Of a stretch of DNA of 64,000 bases, positions 12,749-23,012 are shown piece after piece (the first letter of the stretch is position 1; each line of letters opens with the position of its first letter). The notes beneath the pieces are model-generated. The model ran no database searches. It saw only the letters and a list, made by a program, of their open reading frames with translations, and was not told where the DNA came from. The DNA is from Setoptus koraiensis (lineage: Eukaryota > Animalia > Arthropoda). Location of the stretch: the NCBI GenBank assembly GCA_048013815.1, contig CM106586.1, positions 11,904,001-11,968,000 of the forward strand. The letters are read 5' to 3'. The translations under genes and the position numbers were made by a program.

Positions 12749-13351
12749 ATGTCTATTATATTTCACGAGCGGCAGGAAGGCTCATTGTGCGCTGTACACG
12801 CCTTGAATGCACTGTTACAAGGAGAGTATTTTACGGCGGTCGATCTGGCCACTTTGGCCCATCAACTGGACGATCAGGAGCGCCAAACAATGGCCGAATC
12901 AGGTATCAACGGTAGAGATTATTTAAATTTCATTAGTAATCCCTCGCAGAATATGGACGATTCGGGATTTTTCTCTGTACAAGTATTAGAGAAGGCATTG
13001 AAGGTTTGGAGCCTAGATCTCATACCCTACAATTCAAATTGTGATATTTCCCGACATGTCAGGGCTAATCCAACGACATCGGCCGCGTACATAGCTAATT
13101 ATAGGGAGCATTGGTTCACTATTAGAAGATTTGGTCCACATTGGTTCAACTTGAACTCGTTACTTAATGAACCAGAATTGATATCAGACACCTTTTTGTC
13201 ATTGTTTTTGGCACAACTACAACAAGAGGGCTACTCAATATTTATTGTCAACGGCTTCTTACCCACATGCGACGCCGATCGCGTTCTACCGGACCTACCC
13301 AAAAACGAAGTGGAGACATTCTTAAAATTGGTCCAAGAGTCTCAGTCCTGA
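12749..13351 (+). CDS. ATXN3: Ataxin-3 deubiquitinase, Josephin domain only (200 aa)
   Basis: IFHERQEGSLCAVHALNALLQGEYF, NMDDSGFFSVQV, REHWFTIRRFG, WFNLNSLL; catalytic C/H/N present; intronless; stops shortly after the domain. Confidence 0.93.
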   Translation: MSIIFHERQEGSLCAVHALNALLQGEYFTAVDLATLAHQLDDQERQTMAESGINGRDYLNFISNPSQNMDDSGFFSVQVLEKALKVWSLDLIPYNSNCDISRHVRANPTTSAAYIANYREHWFTIRRFGPHWFNLNSLLNEPELISDTFLSLFLAQLQQEGYSIFIVNGFLPTCDADRVLPDLPKNEVETFLKLVQESQS

Positions 13352-13442
13352 GACATCCCCCAATATCGGTTCTCAAAAGTAATCATTTATAAACATATGT
13401 ATATATACATATATATACACATATAAAGCTTTATGAAAGCGA

Positions 13443-13611
13443 ACCATGTTTTTTATATTTAAATAGTTACACATAAATATACATTTATGTGTATATTTAT
13501 GAGTGTGTGTGTACCTTGGAGAGATACAAAAAGTTGATAATAGCCTCCCAATCATTTTTTTTTCTCGGTGCAAGAAGCAACTTCACCCCATCCAAGTCTC
13601 AGCTATTGCGT
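13443..13611. repeat. ~170-bp block also present in both arms of the palindrome
   Basis: accatgttttttatatttaaatagttacac...gtctcagctattgcgt recurs at 15359-15526 and inverted at ~16110-16285. Confidence 0.95.
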
Positions 13612-14643
13612 TGAGGAGATTCCTGATGAGATCAAATAATTGGGGCCGTCACAAGCTGGCGGGCATATAACATTTGGAGTCTCGTCAAGAAGTACTTCGG
13701 CCTCGCTGTAGCCAAATTTGTTAGCAGCTCTGCAAACATATACTCCATATTGTCTTTTCTCTATTTTTTTGACTCGCAAAGTCGTATGTGACAGCTCGTT
13801 AGAAGTATCAAATATTGCTACAGAATAATGTTGATTGTTATTCAACTCTTGACCATCCTTGAGCCAGATAATTGACGGTGATGGAAAGGCCTCTACAGTA
13901 CAGTGTAAGTCGGCATCATATTGCAAAGCTTGCTCGTACCGTGGCTGACCAACTCGAACATCAGGCTTGAATTCAACCTCGACACTAATACCTCGCCTAG
14001 CCCCTGGACTAACACCATTGTCTGCCACACAATAATAGGTGCCCCTGTCATGTTTTGTTACATTATTTAGATTCAATTGCCTCCCTCTGAATATTGCAAC
14101 ACCGCCGTTGATTGCTATTAGAATGTTTTTATTCCTGCGCCAACTAATGGTAGGTTTGGGATACCCGTTCGCGTAACATTGCATCTGTACGTCAAGTCCG
14201 ACAGAAGTGATAATACTTCTAGTGCTGTTGTCCGATATTGTTGGAGGTATTCTTACAAAGATATTTGTTCTTGCTGTCTGAGAACTACCAGTGCCAGAAA
14301 CTATTATTTGGCATTGATAGTTTCCAGCATCGTTCTCGTTGACTTGATTTATTTTTAACTGATATGATCCGTTTCGAGCATTGTAGTTGGCAGAGAATCT
14401 GTTGTCTGGCACATCTATACTCGCTCCACGAGCTATAGTTGTGGCCTGTCTGGTCTCAGAGTTCGGATGAGTTCTTGTCCAACCTATTTGGTAGCCTTCA
14501 ACATCAATGAGATTGCACTTGATTTCTATTTCATCTCCAATGTCGACTATCTGATCTTTACTAATATAGGTTATCGATGGATTAGCTAAACAGAATAGCG
14601 GTAAACTGATTAAGTATAAAGCATACACGAGTAGCAAAGTCAT
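13603..14643 (-). CDS. Lac: Lachesin-like cell adhesion protein (signal peptide + 3 Ig domains), hydrophobic GPI tail apparently absent
   Basis: Signal peptide; NPSITYISKDQIVDIG, VRIPPTISDNSTRS, DRGTYYCVADNGV, VEVEFKP, YGVYVCRAANKFG, CPPAC are typical of lachesin; intronless. Confidence 0.88.
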   Translation of the reverse strand: MTLLLVYALYLISLPLFCLANPSITYISKDQIVDIGDEIEIKCNLIDVEGYQIGWTRTHPNSETRQATTIARGASIDVPDNRFSANYNARNGSYQLKINQVNENDAGNYQCQIIVSGTGSSQTARTNIFVRIPPTISDNSTRSIITSVGLDVQMQCYANGYPKPTISWRRNKNILIAINGGVAIFRGRQLNLNNVTKHDRGTYYCVADNGVSPGARRGISVEVEFKPDVRVGQPRYEQALQYDADLHCTVEAFPSPSIIWLKDGQELNNNQHYSVAIFDTSNELSHTTLRVKKIEKRQYGVYVCRAANKFGYSEAEVLLDETPNVICPPACDGPNYLISSGISSTQ

Positions 14644-14720
14644 TATATTGCTCCAATGAGATCCCCCAAATCCTAGTGAAACCTAACTCCTTAGAGATTA
14701 GAAGGGTAGGAATCAGATGG

Positions 14721-16925
14721 AACTTTTCCAAATTTTCATTCCAAATTTCACTCAGCACATTCATGCATGCCAGCTCAGTTTGAATCCAAAAACAATGCCT
14801 GTTCTCTTTCGCATAAAAAGACAATTTTGAAAGTTACATCACCCAATGCTACGCGCAAGATGCCTTTAACAAACAATTATCACATACGCAGTTCAGAACG
14901 TCCAATAATCAATTTGCATGATGTAGCAAGACCATCAATTAGAGCACAATACAGCACGCAATACAATTTATTATTAAAAGGTTCAAATAATATTAGTAGA
15001 TTGAGACAAAATAAAATCTGTTTCTCTTCTATTCACACCATTGCAAATAATGTTAAATTTAGAACCATGGAAGGTATCCAAAGTCTCGCAACGAATCCAA
15101 CAAGAGAGCACATAGAGAATATTCAGCTCAATGAGCCGACTGCTCCCATAGATGATCACCTTGGTACTCATTATTATTGTTGTCATGATCGTGATACTGC
15201 GTGAATTTTGCCGAAATCACATGAGTTAGGGGAATTCAGCCAAGTTATGAATCATTATCTGCAATAGTCTCAGTATGTCTCTCCACTTTCGCTTCAAACT
15301 TCTAATTTCCAGTCGCTCGACTGTTATCCACTAAAAGACGCGTATATCTCTGACGCTCACCATGTTTTTTATATTTAAATAGTTACACATAAATATACAT
15401 TTATGTGTATATTTATGAGTGTGTGTGTACCTTGGAGAGATACAAAAAGTTGATAATAGCCTCCCAATCATTTTTTTTCTCGGTGCAAGAAGCAACTTCA
15501 CCCCATCCAAGTCTCAGCTATTGCGTCTGGGCAGAAACTTTCTATTCTTTTCTCTACATAAATTATGGTAGTGTTGCAAGTTGATTTTCGCAGAACGAAA
15601 AGATACATTACGTGCCCGCCAGAGTTGGACAACATATTGCACAAAGTCTGAAGGGAGACTTGTTGCTGTCGTTGTTGTTGTTATTATTGTCGGTGTCGTT
15701 ATCGTTGTCGTTATTATTGCCGCCTGTTGATCGAAAAAAAATGACAAGGGTGCCGGTTTCAAGATATGATCGCTATTACCGCATTTACACCACTTACGAT
15801 ACCACCCCGGCTTCTCGGCTTGCTTCCGAACAGTGCGACCACTTATATTGTTATCGATGGCGGTTGTAGCATCAGACCAAAGGTTGTGACAAAAACCTCC
15901 ATTGAAGCACCACAAGTACAACCGCAACAACTACAACAACACCATTGCAAAAACAACAACAATAACAACAACAACGACAGCAACAAGTCTCCCTTCAGAC
16001 TTTGTGCAATATGTTGTCCAACTCTGGCGGGCACGTAATGTATCTTTTCGTTCTGCGAAAATCAACTTGCAACACTACCATAATTTATATAGAGAAAAAA
16101 ATAGAAAGTTTCTGCCCAGACGCAATAGCTGAGACTTGGGTGGGGTGAAGTTGCTTCTTGCACCGAGAAAAAAAATGATTGGGAGGCTATTATCAACTTT
16201 TTGTATCTCTCCAAGGTACACACACACTCATAAATATACACATAAATGTATATTTATGTGTAACTATTTAAATATAAAAAACATGGTGAGCGTCAGAGAT
16301 ATACGCGTCTTTTAGTGGATAACAGTCGAGCGACTGGAAATTAGAAGTTTGAAGCGAAAGTGGAGAGACATACTGAGACTATTGCAGATAATGATTCATA
16401 ACTTGGCTGAATTCCCCTAACTCATGTGATTTCGGCAAAATTCACGCAGTATCACGATCATGACAACAATAATAATGAGTACCAAGGTGATCATCTATGG
16501 GAGCAGTCGGCTCATTGAGCTGAATATTCTCTATGTGCTCTCTTGTTGGATTCGTTGCGAGACTTTGGATACCTTCCATGGTTCTAAATTTAACATTATT
16601 TGCAATGGTGTGAATAGAAGAGAAACAGATTTTATTTTGTCTCAATCTACTAATATTATTTGAACCTTTTAATAATAAATTGTATTGCGTGCTGTATTGT
16701 GCTCTAATTGATGGTCTTGCTACATCATGCAAATTGATTATTGGACGTTCTGAACTGCGTATGTGATAATTGTTTGTTAAAGGCATCTTGCGCGTAGCAT
16801 TGGGTGATGTAACTTTCAAAATTGTCTTTTTATGCGAAAGAGAACAGGCATTGTTTTTGGATTCAAACTGAGCTGGCATGCATGAATGTGCTGAGTGAAA
16901 TTTGGAATGAAAATTTGGAAAAGTT
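14721..16925. repeat. Large inverted repeat: two ~970-bp arms (14721-15690 and 15956-16925), ~265-bp spacer
   Basis: The arms are reverse complements with only a few mismatches. The same peptide (MPAQFESKNN...HDRDTA) is encoded on + at 14767 and on - at 16442. Confidence 0.97.
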
Positions 16926-17044
16926 GCAACTTGTTGGGATTGACACAGAGGCTCGATTCTTTTGCTAATTGATGATAGCACACAAGTACCGTTAATGGGT
17001 TGCCAAGTACGCATAGAAAAGTTGAATCTATAGATTGATGCCAT
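16442..17044 (-). pseudogene. ECHDC1: Chimeric truncated ECHDC1 duplicate (5' coding part fused to unrelated sequence)
   Basis: Nearly identical to the 36556-36034 start of ECHDC1 up to HIENI, then switches to QLNEPTAP...DTA*; lacks the crotonase domain. Confidence 0.85.
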
Positions 17045-18098
17045 TGTCAAACTATTATTGATCTATCTCTTTTATCCAACAATATATCACTACTATATTT
17101 GTGCTAATTAGTGTGTGTGTGTGTGTGTTTGTGTGTGTGCCTCTGCAATTGTGTATATCGATATTATGTGACAGTCAAATATTAATGTGACTAGAATTCT
17201 TACTTTAGACTATTCTGTCTTGTTCTGTCATGGAAATAACAAAAATGTATGAAATAATCCTGTTAGGATTATATTGCAAGTTATCCTTATGTTGGCTGAC
17301 TGTGAGGATCTACTGGACAAGTATATTGCATATTCTTCTCCTTATATGTGTATGGATATTTATGGTGTCTTCATATAATACCTTCGTTTGTGGCTAGGCC
17401 AGTAGCAACGGGCAAAGCTCCAAGCCACGGGTGATTTTCGGTCAGACTCAGGTCGCTTGGGCGGACAGTTGTGGTCGATTGGACTATGTTTGGACTACGA
17501 TGTGTTCGAATGAGATTGTTTTGATGACGATGAATGTACTTGCCGATTGCTACCATTATATTGTGTGTATACTGATAGAGTCCGTCCAGGCTAAAATCTA
17601 GCTGCTTATGAGGATGACACGAAATAAAATTAAATCTCATCAAACTAAAGTTATATTGTATTCAAAGACATTGTGAGCACAGGTTTGAGCTGATGACCAT
17701 AATCATCATCATGGTGGTGACATCATTAGTAGTTAGCGTTTTATATAAACTACTAGTCTACTTGAGAGATACTGAGGTAGTTAGGTGTCTCAGCTGGGGA
17801 GGCATGAGTTGTTGTTGATGCGCATCAGCAGAACGGGATATATGATACACGGAGAAGAAAAAAAACAAACAAAAATAGTTTTGAATCAAGCGCCCTTGGC
17901 CGGCACGCATGCCCAATCTTTCTCTTGATCCTCAAGGAGATATTTTTCTACTTTTCTTCTTGACAAAAAACTGAAGCACCTAACCTTCGATTGAGGCATA
18001 TATAAATTGTCTTGACCAGGCATCCTAAACTATTGTTTACAGTTACTCAAGAGATAGTCGAACATTAATTAGTATTATTTATTAATTAATTTGCAATC

Positions 18099-18349
18099 AT
18101 GTCTCCTTTGTCACGAGTGGGACCATTGGCCTTAAGGTCAATTTATTTCCATCAGCAAAGAGGTATGGCCGCAGCTGCAATTGGAAACATCGATCCAGTT
18201 CAGAGATTGTTTGTTGATAAAATCAATGAGTTTAAATCATCTAACCGTGGCCTCGATTAACAATACAAAAAGAAGGAGCAAGAAGAATTGACTCGCTTGA
18301 AGAAGGTATATCAGGTGATATCGATGATAACAAAGAAAAAATTGTGGCT
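18099..18349 (+). pseudogene. ATP5PF: Disabled coupling-factor-6 half of the duplicated F6-b fusion
   Basis: Same start as 37594, but codon 54 is GAA>TAA (18258-18260) and there is a 67-nt deletion relative to the parent. Confidence 0.88.
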
Positions 18350-19306
18350 ATGATGTCTGGTGAATATTATAAACAACGGCAATTAAAACTCGCGGCTGAA
18401 GCTGCGGAAAACAAAAAGCCAAAGGTGGAGGAACATCATTCACCTTACCATTTACCTCCTTTGGATAGAGAATATTATCCTGAATTGTCACCTGCTTTGG
18501 GTAGAGCACCGGAGGCTCCAGAGTTGACTGAACCAGTGTCACTATTAGAGTCAGGACAAGAATATCTTGATCCCAAAAAGCTTGAAGATGCAGTTAATGT
18601 CAGATTCGGCCCAAACATGCCCACAATTAATGATGATAAGTCACCAGAGCGTGATGTCGTCAACTTCCCTCGTCAGCCACAATTGATGGATGTACCTCCT
18701 AGAGTGCTTCACGTCTTGCCCAAGAGCTGGTTCGATTTTTTCCACCCCAAAACTGGCATTACTGGAGGGTTTACATTTGCCGCCACATTTGGCGCGTTCC
18801 TCGTTTCTAAGGAATGGATAGTAATGGAGCACGAAATATGCACCGGACTTAGTCTTACTATTATTATCTCTTTGGTCGTATCAAAGGCAGGGCCTGCCGT
18901 TAACAAATACCTAGATGGTCTTATAAACAATTCTCTCAAAGGTTGGGATGATTGGCAAAAGAATAATATTCAACTTCTAGATAATGTGGTTGATCATTAT
19001 AAGACCCAAGAAAAAGTAGTTGATAGTTTACCCTTGGTCTATGACGCCAGAAGGGAGGATGTTCAAGTTCAATTGGAGGCCGAATATCGACGACGCCTCA
19101 AAGCCGTTCACGATTCAACGAAGAAGAAACTAAACTACTTGGTTGCCGTAGCCGATTCGAAACGTAACATCGCACACCAGCACATGGTCAACTGGGTTAT
19201 TGATCATGCAGTCAACTCAATTGGACCAAAACAAGAGGCTGATGTTCTAGACAATTGTATAAGCACCCTAAGAAGTTTAGCAGCTAAAAACGCTAATGTA
19301 ATCTAG
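18350..19306 (+). CDS. ATP5PB: ATP synthase subunit b half of the duplicate; ORF intact (318 aa from ATG)
   Basis: Uninterrupted ORF with several amino-acid differences from the parent. Expression and mitochondrial targeting are unknown. Confidence 0.55.
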   Translation: MMSGEYYKQRQLKLAAEAAENKKPKVEEHHSPYHLPPLDREYYPELSPALGRAPEAPELTEPVSLLESGQEYLDPKKLEDAVNVRFGPNMPTINDDKSPERDVVNFPRQPQLMDVPPRVLHVLPKSWFDFFHPKTGITGGFTFAATFGAFLVSKEWIVMEHEICTGLSLTIIISLVVSKAGPAVNKYLDGLINNSLKGWDDWQKNNIQLLDNVVDHYKTQEKVVDSLPLVYDARREDVQVQLEAEYRRRLKAVHDSTKKKLNYLVAVADSKRNIAHQHMVNWVIDHAVNSIGPKQEADVLDNCISTLRSLAAKNANVI

Positions 19307-19585
19307 TGTATTGTTATTATTTTAGACACAATTGCTGAAGCCATGTTTTCATTTACAAATAAAGAACAGAGAAGCTCATCCTAATTCACTGTCATAAAAA
19401 TCTTTTTTGTAAACGCTTTGTTGATTGTGATTATTCATCACAACTTCTTTCTTTCAAATCGATTCTTGAAATGAATTTCTAGGTATGTTACCAAGATAGC
19501 TCAAACTGCCTGAACTTATTATATGTTTCTATTTGTATGTAGACGATCAAAATGATAGTTGTATCATTTATGAGTGTGTGATGGT

Positions 19586-20198
19586 TCAAGAATCATCTCT
19601 GAGTGTTGAAAGGTGTCTTGTTATGAATCCACATCGATGGCTATTATCTACCCATTTTGACATCAAACTTTCCCCCAATCCAACAATTGACTCGTCGCGC
19701 AACAGTAGATTTGGCTGTTCAGTTATGATATTCTCTGCTGAAATTTCTTGTTTGATGGCATTTCCGTGAACACGCTGTCGCACATTGGATTCCGTTGTTT
19801 TGACGTACGGATCAAGACTGAATATTCTAGCTAATTGGATTCTATCATTTACCGGATCGTACGGCTTGAATGTTTTGTGGGCGAAAGCAAATGCTTTGGA
19901 ATTCAATGGAAAGATATTGGCTCTACCTGGTTTGGTCTCCTGTCTATCGTGGCTTGCTCCAATGGATAAGAGGGGTCTAGCTGGCCGCATGCGAATATGA
20001 TGTCTAGGTATCCCAATATGACCAGTTCGAAAAATGAAGGGAGTGACTCTGTCATCCTGAGATTTTTTTATAGGTTTGCGTTGATCCCTAGCATTCCTGA
20101 TACGTTGATTTACTCTTGCCGAGTCTCTAGTCTTTTTTCTGATACGATCAAGCTCCAATTTGGAATTGGTCTGAACTGTTAAATGTTGCTTGTTGAAA
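19586..20198 (-). pseudogene. 5'-truncated duplicate of the orphan gene at 39162-39995
   Basis: Begins at the duplication breakpoint mid-gene; the stop codon has changed TAA>TCA, adding STLRDDS. Confidence 0.75.
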
Positions 20199-20892
20199 CT
20201 ATTGCTTACTGAACACTATTATATGATTCGCAGAAGGAAGGCAGAAAACAAGCCGAGAGCAAGTGTGCGTGAATTTTAGCATTTATTATAGTTGAGTGTG
20301 TTGCAGGTGAGCTAGTTGGCGAGTCGGTGGCTATTTGTGTGAGAACTGAGGCCCCCCACATCAGATGATTCGTTGGCTGGCATATCGGCATCGGCCGGAG
20401 CTACAAAAATGATTGATTGCGTGCGATAAATTTGATGACAATAGCGTGTCAGACAAGAGACCTTTATCAAGCGGATGTGATATATGGTTACTTAATACCG
20501 ATGTATGTGGCCATTTAGTTTGTATAACTGTTTCCATAACGAATCCATGTTTGTCTGGCGACGGCGTATATATTGCAATATCTTGCACACACACTGTTGA
20601 TATAACATGCAAAATGATCGACGGTCAAACAGTGAACGGCCACCTTGATTAATCATTAATTGATTATGTATGTGAGGCCTTTGTTTCACTAGGCGTATCC
20701 CTATTTAGTGCCAGTAATAACAACAATATTTAACATGATGATGAGGTGAGACAACAAGCAAACAACGTTGCTCATTATTACATATTAATAACCAAACACG
20801 CTGCACTGACAAACAAAATCTCATCGAGATCACTCATTGTTCTCAAACAAACTGCTGCAACTAGCTCGCTCCTTGTTCAACAATTGTTGTAT

Positions 20893-21165
20893 GTACAACC
20901 GCAACAACTACAACAACACCATTGCAAAAACAACAACAATAACAACAACAGTGAGCGTCAGAGATATACTCGAGCGACTGGAAATTAGAAGTTTGAAGCG
21001 AAAGTGGAGAGACATACTGAGACTATTGCAGATAATGATTCATAACTTGGCTGAATTCCCCTAACTCATGTGATTTCGGCAAAATTCACGCAATATCACG
21101 ATCATGACAACAATAATAATGAGTACCAAGGTGATCATCTATGGGAGCAGTCGGCTCAGTGAGCT
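20893..21165. repeat. Internally deleted copy of the 15916-16521 segment
   Basis: 20893-20950 matches 15916-15975; 20951-21165 matches 16286-16521 minus a 21-nt stretch. Confidence 0.92.
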
Positions 21166-22450
21166 TCTCGAATCAGAGAAAAGAGAACGAGAGAGTGAGT
21201 TTCTTTCTCCAGACCATTCGACTTAACCATAATATGGTTAGTCTTATGCACTCATAAGCTGGCCGCTACTTGTTCTTGTCCGGTTTGATCAGTTGATTTA
21301 GAAGCAAAATTCATCGCTAACTCTCTTTATATAGAATGTAACGCAAGTAACGTATTAATTAATAAAACTTAACTATGTCAGCTATTTTTAGCTAACATCT
21401 CAGTACATTGATAGCTGTTTCTGATACAGGTAGTATGTGCATTTATTGCAGTATTGAGAGAGATAGAGCGAGAGAAGAGAGAAAACAGTTAGAAACGATT
21501 AGAAGGAGCGATTCAAGTGAGACAACCAGACAATCTATCGTACATAGAATCGTTATGCCTTTCGCATCGACCAACAGCAACCAATTTTGATGCTTGTATC
21601 TAGCAGTTCAATCTTGCTACACTTCTTGTTGGAGCTTGAGTTGAAGTGAAACTCTCCAGTAAGTTACTTTGTAGTTCGCTCTCTCCTCCTCACTCCTTAT
21701 TTTCTCTATTGAGTGCTACTTGTTCCAAAGGCACTGCTCTGGTTTAGCATTGTGGAACTGTGGAAGAGGGCATCTATTCGCGTTATCGTTTAATAGCTAG
21801 CCAACTGGCTTTGTTTGTGTGTAAGCAAGTGTAAGTTTAGTTTGTTAGTTTTGGTTTGTATCTGCAAGGAAAGCGCGCGAGAGAGAGGGAGGGAGAGAGA
21901 GAGAGAGTATATGTGAGTGTGTGTGTTTGTTTATTTATTTGCTAGCAAGGTATCAAGTGTCTAACCAATTTACTAACCTGTCCTGCATATTCAACTTATC
22001 CATACCCACCGTGAGTGTGAGTGTGAGTGTGCTTGTGTGTAGGGCTGTTCCAGGTTACCTGGTGGTGTTTGTGTACCAACTGCTTGCCATCATTAGAGCG
22101 GGTGCTACTATCATCTCACTATAGATAAATATGATGTACATGTTGACTTAACTCTACAAAAATCAGTGCCATCATTATTATTTGAATAGCATTAGTAGTG
22201 ATGATAGTGGTGACGGTGGTAGTTGTACTCTTTTTTTTTCCTTCTTGTAAATCGCTCTCTCTCTCTCCCTTCGCCCCTCTCTCGCTGCTCGACTGTCTCC
22301 CCCACCATCTCACCATTCTATTTGATCCCAATCTTACTATCCAATCCAAGTGTTTACCTTAGAGTACTGCCAACTATTATGAGAAGCAACTGGAAAGCAA
22401 CCGATGTGCCTATCTGGCTGGCTGGCTGGCTTACCGACTGACTGGCTGCA

Positions 22451-22481
<31 letters not shown>

Positions 22482-23012
22482 AAACTGACTGACTGACTTA
22501 CTGACTTACAAACGTTGCTATTACTATTGAGAGTAGCAGAAACACAAAACCAGTAGCTAGCTGATATGTGTAGACAGACAACTTATGTTCAAGCTCGCTC
22601 AAGAAATCCATCTAGCCATCTACAATTGATTGCCCGAAGAGATTATAGGCGAGACGCGTCACGGCAATGGTAATGTTCGCACCACAATGAGCAGCTAGCA
22701 ATGGATTAATTAAGTTCGTCTGGCTTAGTTTCTGAAGTTAATAGAGTAACAACAACAACAGCAACAACAACAACAACAACAAGTACAACAATAACAACCA
22801 CAACAACAAGTACCCTAGGACATCAAAGAAAACAAACAACTCACCTGGTATCGTTTACAACAGCGATATACAGTGACCACGAAGCTATTGGCGAGTGTCT
22901 AGCCATAGAGTAGTGGTATCAAAGTAGACGGGGCCGCTCTACAATTGTAGCCACTTAAAGTTTTATAATCGATTGGGGCCTGTAAAGCTTCCAATTGCAC
23001 ATATCAATCAAG

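Larger units (their letters stand above)
16522..20198. repeat. Segmental duplication (direct) of 36034-39753
   Basis: Collinear, highly similar sequence with scattered substitutions and indels. Breakpoints at gaatatt (16522/36034) and tgttgaaa (20198/39753). Confidence 0.97.

Noticed and set aside
17773-17794. let-7-like sequence TGAGGTAGTTAGGT (also at 37269)
   Set aside because: Only the seed region matches, and no complementary star arm forming a pre-miRNA hairpin is evident.
16522-20198. Duplication as an uncollapsed allelic haplotype
   Set aside because: Both ends are chimeric mid-gene junctions and it carries nonsense and frameshift lesions in an essential gene, which fits a paralogous duplicate better. 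Read depth is still needed to exclude misassembly.
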